Source: a virus | Taxonomy: Duplodnaviria > Heunggongvirae > Uroviricota > Caudoviricetes | Virus record (IMG/VR): IMGVR_UViG_2909309443_000006 | Location: 1 to 40,283 of that record | Length of the DNA: 40,283 nucleotides | Reading direction: 5' to 3' (one strand) | In this document: positions 10,377 to 20,382 of the stretch, piece after piece | Position numbering within the stretch: the stretch's first letter is position 1 | Layout: the number at the start of each line of letters is the position of its first letter | The notes under the pieces: generated by a model | What the model was told of the DNA's origin: nothing | Database searches by the model: none | What the model saw: only the letters and a program-made list of their open reading frames with translations | Position numbers and translations under genes: made by a program

Positions 10377-12820
10377 TACCGATATGCTCCACTTAACCGA
10401 CCACCATCACGGGCCTGCTGTTGCATAAAGTCCGCTGCTGCTTTTTTCCCGAGGTCATAAACCACCTTCAGGGCAGCCGGACCTATCTGCCCGTTCGTAC
10501 CATCGTTATTGATCTCGATGTTGTACTGCGGGGCAAACATCACCATACCTGAACCACCAATATCCGCCACAACACCCAGCTTGCCATCAGCACCACGACG
10601 CAATGGCAGAATGGCTTCAGACCCCGCTTCTCCCATCACACCCGCGCCTTTTGCAAAAGCAAAAAACGTCGGACGGTTAACCACCGTGCCACTGTAGCGA
10701 CTCAAATCAGCAGACTGATAAACACCGCCATCCGCATTTGGCGTCACACTGGCAGCTGCTGCACTCCCCCAGCCAAACGCCGAACCAATCCCCTTCACCG
10801 CCTGCATCATGGCCATCTGCGACATGATTTTTGCCAGATCAGAAAGGAGCGAGGCGGTAAAAGATTTGAAGTTCAGTTTTCCGGTGGTGCAGAACGTCGC
10901 CAGTGCATTACCTGCGCTGTTAAATGCCGCTGTAAACATCTGCTCAGCGGTACCTGCCGCGTTATCCGCACTCTCTGTAAAATTCTGAAACGCCCGCATG
11001 GCACCGTTTTTCCAGTCTGCCTGCATCAGTTCCTGCTCCTGCCAGTAATGTCTGTTTTCGTTCAGTTGCCGGTTAAGACTGTCTGTCAGCATCTGCTCAG
11101 CATCCCGGTATTCATCTGAGCCGTATGTTCCTTTCTGTTTACTGTCACGCTCCAGTTGCTCCATTTGCTGCTGATATTTCTGTTGCAGACTGAACTGTGT
11201 CTGGTACCGCTGACGCTGTTTATCCCCCATCCCTGTTGTGGCGATATCCAGGTCATGTTGCTGACGCAGAGCCCGTTCCTCTTCCGCCAGCTGGCTGGCA
11301 AGCTGAATGGATTTTTTCTTCAGGTCATTCAGCGCCGTCTGCTTCTGCAGCTCCTGCTGTTTTGTATCCAGCAGCGTCAGTGCCTGAATCAACTCATCCT
11401 TATGCGCCAGCACGCTTTTTTCATCTGCTGTCAGCTTTTTACCCGCCAGATCACTGATACGCTGCTGCAGGGCCAGAAGCTGCTTATGCGCCTCTGTCAT
11501 TTTTTCCGTGGTCAGTCCCGCGGACTGTCTGGCGGCGGCAATCTGCCCCTCCACCTGCGCCTGCTGCTGACTGTACTGCAACAGCAACCGGGTGGCTTCA
11601 TCATTGCGGTTTTCAGATGTTTTTTTCTTAATGGCTTTTTTGTAACGTTCATTTTCACGCTGTATCGCTGCGTCCCTGACCGCCTGGTCGGCATACTGCA
11701 TGGCATTGATGCGCGCAATTTCACGTTGATGTCGCGCCGCCTCCGTTTCATTCATCCGGTTCAGCGCAGCATTTTCAGCATTCCGGCGTTTCTGCTGTTC
11801 CTGATAATTTCGTTCAGCCTGCGCTTTTGCATCCTGTAAATCTTTCTGGCGCTTTTTCTCCTGAAGTTCATCAAGGCGCTGCTGGTCGTATTCCACTGTG
11901 GTGGATGCATTTGTCCAGGGCGATTTTTTCGCACGCTGAATTTTTTCCTGCAGCGCCGCAATCTGCGCATCAAGGGAATCATTACGCCCGATATTCATGG
12001 CGGCATCCCAGAACTGCTTCCACCAGTCAGATAAGGTTTGCAGCGTACTGCCCAGCGCATTGAGATTATTATCAATATCAGATGTGCGTTTACCGGTTTC
12101 CTCTGCCAGCGCTGACATGGCGATCCGGGCAGCATCACTGGCACGCCCCTGTTCCCCGAGAACACGGACTTGTTCAAGCTGGGTGGCAGTCAGGAAATGC
12201 AGTTCATTATCCAGCGTCCTGGCTGCATTTACCGGATCATCCTTCAGTCGCTTAAACTGACTTATGGTGTCGCTGACAGACTGCCCCACTGAACGTTCCA
12301 TTTGCGCGGCAGCTTTCGCCACCATGGCGATATCACCTCCACGAAATGCACCACTCCCCACCACCTGAGCCAGCGCACCGGCTGCAGCATGTTGCGTGAT
12401 ACCATTCCCGGAAATAGCACGACTGAGCACCCACAGCTGCCCGGCAGTGACTCCGGCATAATGCCCCGTCAGCGACAGCTGGCGGTTAAATTCTTCCCCC
12501 TCCTTCTGACCGTCATACCAGGCTTTACCCAGACCATAGACGGCCGCGGCAATACCGCCAATAACCCCGCCAAGCATCATGCCTTTCGGTGACATCAGTG
12601 TGTCTATCCATCCGGCACGGTTAGCCAGCGTTATCCCGGATCCCCTCAGCGCCCCTAAATTGCCGCGGGCCAGTTCACCTATCAGAACGCCTATCTCCTG
12701 GCGGGCTGCTGCACTTTTCAGACCCAGCGAATGCGTGGCTTTTCCTGCCCGCTCCATTTTGCGGATATACACTTCTGCAGCACCGCTTACCCCCAGCTGG
12801 GCTGCCCTGGCGCGAAGCAA
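10376..12820 (-). CDS. H: Tail tape measure protein H, apparently 5'-truncated (no ATG or SD at ORF start)
   Basis: C-terminus INNDGTNGQIGPAALKVVYDLGKK...RDGGRLSGAYR matches lambda H; coiled-coil Q/E/R-rich middle; ORF opens with TTG about 48 residues into the lambda H alignment, with an in-frame stop 13 codons upstream. Confidence 0.8.
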   Translation of the reverse strand: MLRARAAQLGVSGAAEVYIRKMERAGKATHSLGLKSAAARQEIGVLIGELARGNLGALRGSGITLANRAGWIDTLMSPKGMMLGGVIGGIAAAVYGLGKAWYDGQKEGEEFNRQLSLTGHYAGVTAGQLWVLSRAISGNGITQHAAAGALAQVVGSGAFRGGDIAMVAKAAAQMERSVGQSVSDTISQFKRLKDDPVNAARTLDNELHFLTATQLEQVRVLGEQGRASDAARIAMSALAEETGKRTSDIDNNLNALGSTLQTLSDWWKQFWDAAMNIGRNDSLDAQIAALQEKIQRAKKSPWTNASTTVEYDQQRLDELQEKKRQKDLQDAKAQAERNYQEQQKRRNAENAALNRMNETEAARHQREIARINAMQYADQAVRDAAIQRENERYKKAIKKKTSENRNDEATRLLLQYSQQQAQVEGQIAAARQSAGLTTEKMTEAHKQLLALQQRISDLAGKKLTADEKSVLAHKDELIQALTLLDTKQQELQKQTALNDLKKKSIQLASQLAEEERALRQQHDLDIATTGMGDKQRQRYQTQFSLQQKYQQQMEQLERDSKQKGTYGSDEYRDAEQMLTDSLNRQLNENRHYWQEQELMQADWKNGAMRAFQNFTESADNAAGTAEQMFTAAFNSAGNALATFCTTGKLNFKSFTASLLSDLAKIMSQMAMMQAVKGIGSAFGWGSAAAASVTPNADGGVYQSADLSRYSGTVVNRPTFFAFAKGAGVMGEAGSEAILPLRRGADGKLGVVADIGGSGMVMFAPQYNIEINNDGTNGQIGPAALKVVYDLGKKAAADFMQQQARDGGRLSGAYR

Positions 12821-14415
12821 CTCAGAAGATGAAAGATTCTGGCGGGTTGGCGGGCTTTATCCAGCGATGCCACGTCCATTGCAGCGCTCTCCAGTACGTT
12901 TGCATGTTTCGCTTTATCGAACAGACTTACATTATCTGTGGAGATTTTCGGGTTAGACGTCAGAATGGCATAAACCAGATCGGCAATAGTGGATTTCGCC
13001 GCACGGCCCAGTTTCATCGGGACATCGGTCAGCATATTCAGATCATCATTGATAATGGCCTGACGGGTGATACTGAACAGCTCGCCATAGGTCGCCAGTG
13101 CAATAGTGGCCTGTTTATCTCCGGTGGTGACGTATTTATATTCCGCCCCTTCACGCACCTGACGCAGAGCACTGAAGCCACCCATACCCACACGATGGGC
13201 AATTTTAAAATCAGACAACTGACCTTTCCGCGTCCACTGTTCATAGGTTTCAGGGGCATCTTCCCAGCCCTGCAGAATGGCTTTGTTCGCAACATCCAGC
13301 AGAATATTACCGAAGTCAGACGTACTGTGTGTGAACGCCGCACCGACCATCTGCATCGGGTTATAACTGGAAACCCCAATACCCCGTTCAGTCAGTGACA
13401 TACGGGCATATTCACGCAGGGTCATCCCGTTGTAGACATTATCACGTTCGGTTTTTTCAAATCCGGCACGCGCCATCAGCGCCTGGCGGATCCCGTCCCC
13501 CACAAAATTACCGTTACCGGCATAAATATGAGCCGGGGTATTTTTATTGGATGGCGTGGACTCGCGCCCCATCTCGTTCAACAGCTTTTCACGGGCCTGC
13601 TCCAGCGAACATTCAGGATCGGCAAGACACTGAGCCTGCAGCGTCTGATAACGCCCGCCAAACATGGCAAACAGATCATTAATACCGTTTACACGCGCTT
13701 TTTGCTCTGCCAGTACCTGCGCACGGATGCTGTTTTCATCCACCACGGGTGCTGCTGCCTGCACTGGCGTCCGGGAGGCTTCAGGTTCATTATCCTGTAC
13801 GCGTGGAGCACTGTTGCGTGGCGGAGTAATCATGTTTCGAATGGATTCCGGCATCTTTTTAAATTCCTCTGTACGTTTTGACTGAATACATGCCATTGCC
13901 TTAACGGCTGGCGTTACCTGATCAGCAAATCCATGTGCCAGGCATTCGGCACCGGACATCCAGGTCTCATCCGCCAGCATGGCAGCAATTTCATCGGTGG
14001 TTTTCCCGGTTTTCTGTGCATAAGCGGGTAACAGAACCGCCTCAACTTTATCGAGCAGGTCGGCATAGGTGCGCATGTCCTCCGCATCACCGCCCGTAAA
14101 GCCAAATGGTTTATGAATCATCATGAAGGTGTTTTCCGGCATAATGACCGGGTTTCCCACCATCGCAATGACCGACGCCATTGACGCCGCCACACCGTCG
14201 ACATAAACGGTAATGGACGCACCATGTGTTTTCAGTGCATTAAAAATGGCGATGCCTTCAAAGACATCGCCACCCGGTGAATTAATATGGAGATTAATGT
14301 GGGTGATATCGCCCAGTGCATTCAGATCACTGATAAACTGCTTCGCTGTAACACCCCAGAAACCAATCTCGTCATAAATATAAATATCCGCGTCACTCTG
14401 GTGACCAGCCTGCAT
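12787..14415 (-). CDS. Prohead protease (ClpP/S14-like) - scaffold - major capsid fusion protein, likely 3'-truncated at a deletion junction
   Basis: ClpP-like N-terminal region (DIYIYDEIGFWG...HINSPGGDVFEG...MASVIAMVG); capsid-like C-terminal region; ATG at 14415 just after portal stop; runs 34 bp into the H reading frame. Confidence 0.6.
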   Translation of the reverse strand: MQAGHQSDADIYIYDEIGFWGVTAKQFISDLNALGDITHINLHINSPGGDVFEGIAIFNALKTHGASITVYVDGVAASMASVIAMVGNPVIMPENTFMMIHKPFGFTGGDAEDMRTYADLLDKVEAVLLPAYAQKTGKTTDEIAAMLADETWMSGAECLAHGFADQVTPAVKAMACIQSKRTEEFKKMPESIRNMITPPRNSAPRVQDNEPEASRTPVQAAAPVVDENSIRAQVLAEQKARVNGINDLFAMFGGRYQTLQAQCLADPECSLEQAREKLLNEMGRESTPSNKNTPAHIYAGNGNFVGDGIRQALMARAGFEKTERDNVYNGMTLREYARMSLTERGIGVSSYNPMQMVGAAFTHSTSDFGNILLDVANKAILQGWEDAPETYEQWTRKGQLSDFKIAHRVGMGGFSALRQVREGAEYKYVTTGDKQATIALATYGELFSITRQAIINDDLNMLTDVPMKLGRAAKSTIADLVYAILTSNPKISTDNVSLFDKAKHANVLESAAMDVASLDKARQPARIFHLLSCFAPGQPSWG

Positions 14416-14428
14416 CCTGAACCAGGAA

Positions 14429-15857
14429 TTATTCTTCGGACTGGTCGTCGGTGTGCTGCGGCTCCTGTCGTTTCGTTGCGGCACTGCTGCCTCCTTTATC
14501 ACTGGCCGGATCGGTATCAAATACCAGATCCAGTTTGCGGTTTTCATCAATTTCGGCCTTGCGCCGACGTTTGACATCATCCGGATTACGACCACCAGCA
14601 CGTACCCAGTCTGATTCTGTCGCCGCTCCACCACGAATCTGGATTTTCCAGGCCTCAGCCTCCTTAACAGGGTCAATCCACGGCATCACCGGTCCGGAAT
14701 ACACCGCGGTATACAGTGAAGAACGGTCAAGATCGCGGGGTAGCCTGATAACACCGGATGCCACAGCCTGTTTCAGCCAGGCACGATACATCGGACGGGT
14801 GACGGCACCAATAAACCAGTCCTGCAGGATCAGGTAGCCATCAGTGGATTCAACCAGCTCCTGACGCTGGGCGCTGTAAGTGCCGTTATAGTTGCGCGCT
14901 GTACTGGAAAAACTCAGACGACTGCCCGCCGCCACGGCACGCAACTGACCATTACGAAAAGTTTCAAGGTTAGGATTGGGGCGATCCGACTTCACCATTC
15001 CGATTTCTTCGCCGGGTTTCAGATCATCGTAAATAATGCCTGGCTGAATGGTAAGCTCGCGTTCCTTATCCTTGCTGCCATTACCATCCGCTTCATAGCT
15101 CTGCCCGTCGCCTTTCCGGATGTACATCCCCAGAGCAGCGGCGATCCTTGCTGCAGTCAGCTCAGAATCTTCATACTCTTTCAGAGCACTGAGGCGGATC
15201 AGCACACCGGACAATAAAGACGTCCCGCGCATCTGGTGCAGACGGCGAACAAATTTAAGATGCAGCATTCGCTCTGCATCCACTTCTTTGGTTTCCATCT
15301 GCCGTCCGGATACGGGACGGCTTTTATACACCAGATATTTTTCGGGACGCCTCCAGCCAGAAATGAACACCGGCAGAAGGCGTCAGGCTGTTTATGCGCC
15401 CGGAAACCATCTGGGCAAACACCTCACCATCGCGCAGCCAGGTACGCAGCATCAGACGTTCCAGCATCGGACGGGTAAACTGCCCGGTGACTTCCGGGCT
15501 GACAGACCATTCACTCCATCGGGTGCGAATCTCCGCAGCCAGATCACGGGCAATGGCCCCATTGCGTAATACCGGATGTGGCTCGACAATAATCCCGTTT
15601 TTCCCCACCACCCGTTCTTCCAGCTTGTCAAATACACCAATGACCAGATCGTGGTTGTTATCAAGGTAACGGGCCTGCTCACGTAACGACACGGCCCCGT
15701 ACTGGCTTAACTGGTCGGCAGTTCGGTTTTCCCGCCGGGCTTTGTGTGTCCGCGTCGTTTTTACGGCCTCATAAGCCTGGATCACCGCCCGGGAACGCAG
15801 CCTTGCCGCTTTCCATCCTGGTGAAAAAACGCCAATCACATCATCAAGAATTGCCAT
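14429..15857 (-). pseudogene. Portal protein, disrupted by a +1 frameshift in an A5 run (plus-strand T-run 15338-15342)
   Basis: Two overlapping ORFs (15324..15929 and 14429..15370) read as one portal if one A is removed; start ATG at 15857 overlaps the upstream stop (TGATG). Confidence 0.75.
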
Positions 15858-16075
15858 CAGAACCTCGCCAGCCGGTACCCGGGATGCCCCCGTCGTCGTG
15901 TAATCAGAGCCGCAAGGCGGCGCTCCCACTCCTGCCGTCCCTGCCGGATCTCAGATAAGTTTTCCATGGTCATCTGCTGACCATTAAAGGTGACGGATTT
16001 TCCGTCCAGCACCGCCATTTCAGCTTCCGTATAACGCTGAATCATGGCTTCGATATCATTCTGGTTCATAACCAT
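15857..16075 (-). CDS. Head-tail joining protein, gpW-like
   Basis: About 70 aa ORF between terminase large subunit and portal, the lambda W position; start may be the ATG at 16069 (ATGA overlap with terminase stop). Confidence 0.55.
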   Translation of the reverse strand: MVMNQNDIEAMIQRYTEAEMAVLDGKSVTFNGQQMTMENLSEIRQGRQEWERRLAALITRRRGHPGYRLARF

Positions 16076-18168
16076 CCTCCGGAAGTCAGCCAGGGGTTAA
16101 CATCGTCAGTTACTGTTTTCTTCCGTTTTTGTTTTTTAACAGGCGTGGATACCGGTTCCGGTGAGGGTGACGGTTCGGTACTGTCCGGGACACACTCCAG
16201 CCAGGTTTCCCGGCTCGCCCACTCCGGTGCATCCGGCCAGCGGATCTTTTCGTATCCATGCAGAATGACCAGAGCCTCGGCATACACCATCAGGTCAAAA
16301 GCTTCGTTGGCACCGCGACCCGGCTTACTCCATTTCCCGTCACTGCTCCGCTCTTCATACGTCAGTTCGTCGTAAAACCAGCTCCCCAGCCAGTCAGGGA
16401 AATGCACATAGCCGGGACCTGGCGAGTCACGCCATAACGCGTTATTCACCCGGTCTTTCAGGGCATCCGTCTGAAGAAGCCAGAGCGGCACATCACCTGC
16501 GGCCTGCGCCCGGCGGCCCGTTCGTCCGGTGTTATCAGGGAATGTACGGCTGATCAGTTTTGCGCGCCGGATGCTGTCACCCTTAAACAGGTAAATACGT
16601 TTACCAAGGCCATCACGACGGCAACGACGCCAGAATTTATAGGCATTATCAGTGACCCCGTCTTCACCGCCGGAGTCCACCGCCATTGCCATCAGTCGCA
16701 TTTGTTGAGAAGGATCGGAGGCCAGCGGCCAGCTTTTATGAAAAACATCCGTCAGCAGGACATCCCAGTCTTCCGGGTAGCTGGCCGGATCAATTCGCTG
16801 GCTCTCCCCGTCGCTGTCACCGCGCAATGACTGCGTGATGTTGTAACGATCAATAATCCAGCGTTCGCCACGGCTGCCATAGCCCGTTACCTGAACCACA
16901 AAACGGCGATGACGTCCCGCCTGCACATCCACTGTCGCCACAAGGAAATTAACGCCATCCGGCACACTGCGGGAAAGAACTGGCTCTGCCCGCTGCTCAA
17001 GCAGTTCACTTTTTCGTTGCTCCATGCTGGCACGGGGAAGATAAGGTAATCCCCAGTCGGTATTGATAACCGTCTTGAGTGTTTCTTCACTTCCGGTTGT
17101 CTCGTATTCCTGTTCTGCAGTAAGCAGTTTGTAAACGAGTTGCGAGAGTGTCTGGTAAGCAGCTGCCGGACCCTCCATCCAGAATGACGCAATACGTGAG
17201 CGTCGGGGATCACCATAACGACTGCCATCCGCATTGATGGATTCACCATCCCGCAACCAGACCCCACGTCCGTTCAGCTCACGTTTTTGTTCAGGCATAA
17301 TCCGTCCTGAACAGGAAGGACACTGAATATAAGCCGCCTCACTTGCCAGCACGGGATCGGCAATATCACGGAAACCAGCAACCACATCGCCGCAGGGCTG
17401 AAAATACTCACCACAGTGTGGACAGGGCCAGTACCAGCGACGGCGATCACCACGGTTATAGAGCGACAGGATCCCCGTGGTTGGTGGAGCCTCATGCGGT
17501 GAAGTCCGTCGCCATTTCACATCCTTCACATCCCTGCCGGGGGAACTCTCCACCAGCGTCATACCACTGGACATAAATGTTGTGGTACGTTTTGAGGCAA
17601 GAGAGAAAGCATCCCCCTCGCCATCAATATCTTCCGGAAAACGGTCATAATCCGTCAGCGCGACGCATTTATAATCTGATGAGGACATGATATTGACTGA
17701 CGGCCAGCCGATTTTCAGGTAGTTACCAGCAAGGAATGTTCTGTCATAAACGTTGTTGTCATTTTTGTTCGGACTCAGGCGACTGACCACTTCCGGGCTG
17801 ACGCGAAACGTTCTGGCAAGTCGTTTTTTGGAGTGTTCGCGGGCTTTTTCCTCCGTCATCTGAATGATCAGCATATCCGCAGGATCGCAAATCACGTTGT
17901 AAATCACCCAGCCGTCAATCAGGCCGATAGTCTTGCCGGTTCGTGCCGGGCCAACAAATATCACTGCGTCGTATTCACGCGAGGCCAGGCAGTTCATCGG
18001 CTCAATAACATACGGTGCCACCAGCGGATCCCACGGGACTGAGTTCCCGGCCCCCATGGGCACCCGCATATATTGAGCAACGGCATCAGCAACCTGCATT
18101 CGTCTCGGTGCGCGAAGGATATAACCTGAATCGGTTCGTGCTGCCTTTGCGGTTTCCTGATTCAGCAT
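16066..18168 (-). CDS. Terminase large subunit (lambda A-like)
   Basis: 700 aa; Walker A-like VGPARTGKT; Zn-ribbon-like CPHCG...CPSC; position after small subunit. Confidence 0.85.
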   Translation of the reverse strand: MLNQETAKAARTDSGYILRAPRRMQVADAVAQYMRVPMGAGNSVPWDPLVAPYVIEPMNCLASREYDAVIFVGPARTGKTIGLIDGWVIYNVICDPADMLIIQMTEEKAREHSKKRLARTFRVSPEVVSRLSPNKNDNNVYDRTFLAGNYLKIGWPSVNIMSSSDYKCVALTDYDRFPEDIDGEGDAFSLASKRTTTFMSSGMTLVESSPGRDVKDVKWRRTSPHEAPPTTGILSLYNRGDRRRWYWPCPHCGEYFQPCGDVVAGFRDIADPVLASEAAYIQCPSCSGRIMPEQKRELNGRGVWLRDGESINADGSRYGDPRRSRIASFWMEGPAAAYQTLSQLVYKLLTAEQEYETTGSEETLKTVINTDWGLPYLPRASMEQRKSELLEQRAEPVLSRSVPDGVNFLVATVDVQAGRHRRFVVQVTGYGSRGERWIIDRYNITQSLRGDSDGESQRIDPASYPEDWDVLLTDVFHKSWPLASDPSQQMRLMAMAVDSGGEDGVTDNAYKFWRRCRRDGLGKRIYLFKGDSIRRAKLISRTFPDNTGRTGRRAQAAGDVPLWLLQTDALKDRVNNALWRDSPGPGYVHFPDWLGSWFYDELTYEERSSDGKWSKPGRGANEAFDLMVYAEALVILHGYEKIRWPDAPEWASRETWLECVPDSTEPSPSPEPVSTPVKKQKRKKTVTDDVNPWLTSGGWL

Positions 18169-18662
18169 TACTCCTCCTGCTGTAATTCCTCCTCATCATC
18201 CGCACCTGCTTCGGTCACCCGCAGGGCTATCTGATCGCGCAGATCATCAATAATGGACTGAACACGGCTCACAGCGGCAGGCTGCAGACCGCAGTCACGT
18301 TCAAGAATATCCGGTAATGTCTCCAGCACCTGCACGACCGCTTTTGCCCAGATGGCAAACTCCCGTCTGACATCACTGGCCGGAATGAGTTGCGCCGTTT
18401 CCTGTTCGAACTTAAGACGCTCACGTTCAGACTGATACCAGGCTTTGCGCTCATGCGCATCCATTTCGCCTTCTGCAACCGGCGGTGGTAATGCCAGAAA
18501 TGCCGACACAATATCAACCACCCGATAAAGCTTGAGGTTGCTTTCATGCCCCCCTGCAACGGGTAGATTTTGCAGCCTTGCCGCAGCAGTCTGGCGATGT
18601 ACACCTGACAATGCCGCCAGTTGACTGATATTCAGCGTCAGATTTTTTAACTCTCGATCCAT
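18168..18662 (-). CDS. Terminase small subunit (Nu1-like)
   Basis: 164 aa with N-terminal HTH-like LNISQLAALSGVHRQTAAARL and acidic C-terminus; immediately upstream of terminase large subunit. Confidence 0.6.
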   Translation of the reverse strand: MDRELKNLTLNISQLAALSGVHRQTAAARLQNLPVAGGHESNLKLYRVVDIVSAFLALPPPVAEGEMDAHERKAWYQSERERLKFEQETAQLIPASDVRREFAIWAKAVVQVLETLPDILERDCGLQPAAVSRVQSIIDDLRDQIALRVTEAGADDEEELQQEE

Positions 18663-18831
18663 ACCCGCTCCAGAATGTTTTAAACATGCATCTTGCGAAC
18701 AACTTTAGGCAAACGGTGTTAGTGATGAACAAAAAACAATCAGAATCGACACCATAAAAATAAAATCACTGTAATATCAATCAATTACAGTGATGGTGAT
18801 GACGAATAAAATTTCAAAAACTAGCCTTTTT

Positions 18832-18857
18832 CCGCGACGCTCCCGCCCCGTGGCAGG
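18832..18857. other. Candidate cos site region
   Basis: GC-rich motif (minus strand GGGGCGGGAGCGTCGCGG) about 170 bp upstream of the Nu1-like gene, reminiscent of lambda cosN GGGCGGCGACCT. Confidence 0.25.
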
Positions 18858-19126
18858 CCACCCCACCGGAAGGACCCGCACAAATGAGAGCTTTTATCAT
18901 TAACATTTACAGATAAGATGACGTACATCATTGAAACGCCATTCAGCCATATACCGGCAGCATTCGTAGTTGCACTCCGTAACCCTGCGACTAAGGTTGA
19001 AAGCATGGCCATCTTTTTGCCACCGGCAAATCTTCAATGGATTTCCCCTGCCGGTTTTTTATTTCTCACATTATCGCAGCCACTCAGTGTGAAGGGCTGC
19101 TGTAATGCCGCAATCTTTTTTAACAT

Positions 19127-19153
19127 GAAAAAGGCCGCAGAGCGGCCTTTATG
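19127..19153. terminator. Intrinsic terminator (bidirectional form) downstream of small cargo genes
   Basis: Hairpin AGGCCG-CAGAG-CGGCCT flanked by A5 and T-rich stretch. Confidence 0.5.
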
Positions 19154-19169
19154 GTTTATTGACAATTGA

Positions 19170-19385
19170 TTAAGACGTGTGGCACTTATTGGCACACCAA
19201 TAGCAACCATTCACCCGGGAATATCCTTTGGCCTTTGCCTCTGTTACCGCCGAAGAACAATCACTATAGTAACCAAGGTAATCGCGGTTAGCTACAGAAG
19301 GAAGATATGAACATTCCTCAGCATGCACCTCATGATCGCCATTGCTCTGAGCATTTTTGTTCACGTAATAGTGTTTAAAAACCAT
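19170..19385 (-). CDS. Hypothetical small Cys-containing protein
   Basis: 71 aa ORF with ATG and GGAG Shine-Dalgarno; C-terminal CYWCANKCH. Confidence 0.5.
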   Translation of the reverse strand: MVFKHYYVNKNAQSNGDHEVHAEECSYLPSVANRDYLGYYSDCSSAVTEAKAKGYSRVNGCYWCANKCHTS

Positions 19386-19508
19386 TGTATAACTCCATGT
19401 TGACGCTGATATTCAGCATTAACATGCTATATCACCAATTACACAAACATAAGCTTGTTATTTCAATTAGTTGATAACGATCACCACTGAACTTTGGACT
19501 TGCGAAAT

Positions 19509-19718
19509 TCAAATGTTTTTCTGACTATTATTGGGCCGATAAACAGATATTATTTGAGCGTTTTGGTTCATTACATAAGCAATATCTCCATCTTTCAGAA
19601 TGACTTTCCCATCCTTTCCCGATACGGCAATACTCCGCTGCTCTGGATGATAGCCAATGCTACGCCCGCAATGGAGCTCTTCCCCACCATTTTGAGACAT
19701 GACTTTTACAGTTAACAT
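19509..19718 (-). CDS. Hypothetical small protein
   Basis: 69 aa ORF with strong SD (AGGAG) upstream of ATG at 19718. Confidence 0.5.
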   Translation of the reverse strand: MLTVKVMSQNGGEELHCGRSIGYHPEQRSIAVSGKDGKVILKDGDIAYVMNQNAQIISVYRPNNSQKNI

Positions 19719-19805
19719 TTTTCTGCTCCTATTTAGATGCCCTTTCCATCCGGGCCACTGTTCAAAGTAAATTTAGATTCAACAATATTCTGCTCTTACA
19801 GGCGA

Positions 19806-19988
19806 TCAGTTCTGCATACACTGCCTGGCACTTTCGACAATTTCGCAGACCTGCGAGGCCGTATCGAAAAGCTGGCGCACCTTATCCAGGCTAACGCATC
19901 CCACCAGGAAAAAAGGCACCAGTATCGCTACCAGTGCCCATTTCGCCGCCGTTCGCGGCATTCTGTGTGTCCAGTGTTTTCGGCTCAT
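19806..19988 (-). CDS. Small lipoprotein (possible Rz1/o-spanin-like lysis accessory)
   Basis: ATG at 19988 with AGGTGG SD; signal peptide with lipobox FLVGC; mature part about 30 aa; directly downstream of endolysin. Confidence 0.45.
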   Translation of the reverse strand: MSRKHWTHRMPRTAAKWALVAILVPFFLVGCVSLDKVRQLFDTASQVCEIVESARQCMQN

Positions 19989-20002
19989 AAACCACCTGGT
20001 TA

Positions 20003-20380
20003 TTAGCGCTTCAACTGAAAGTGAGGCCCGTCTTTCAGTGTTTTCCAGTCCCCGCCCCATTCGATGGCAGTTCCCAGCTCTGCGGCAGCCTGCTTAAATG
20101 CCTGCGCGATTTTCTCGTACAGAGGCCAGTCCCATGACACCTGGCTACCAATGTAGGCCACAACATCCACCGCATCACCGGTCAGGTGGCGGCTGTTCAT
20201 GGTCTGGCTTTTCCCTTCCGCGACCAGCTGCTTCTGGCGATACTTACTGCGCAGGCCTTCCGTAATACCGAAGTCAACCTCCGTCAGCTCCAGCGCACGG
20301 CGAACAACAGCAACCAGCTGTGGTTTGACGCCCTCCAGATTTTTCTCACTTCGACGACTGAATCTGAATTTACCGGGCAT
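20003..20380 (-). CDS. Endolysin, peptidase M15 family (L-alanyl-D-glutamate peptidase type)
   Basis: SRHLTGDAVDV (H-x6-D) and C-terminal GGDWKTLKDGPHFQL motifs; ATG at 20380 with GGAGGTGA SD. Confidence 0.75.
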   Translation of the reverse strand: MPGKFRFSRRSEKNLEGVKPQLVAVVRRALELTEVDFGITEGLRSKYRQKQLVAEGKSQTMNSRHLTGDAVDVVAYIGSQVSWDWPLYEKIAQAFKQAAAELGTAIEWGGDWKTLKDGPHFQLKR

Positions 20381-20382
20381 AC

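Noticed and set aside
11156-11839. 227 aa Leu-rich ORF antisense to the tape-measure gene
   Set aside because: Antisense reading of the Q/E/K-rich coiled-coil coding region; no SD and low-complexity composition.
12787-14676. Full 629 aa ORF as the protease/capsid gene
   Set aside because: The first 87 codons overlap the portal 3' end in another frame and lack a start context; ATG at 14415 just after the portal stop is the plausible start.
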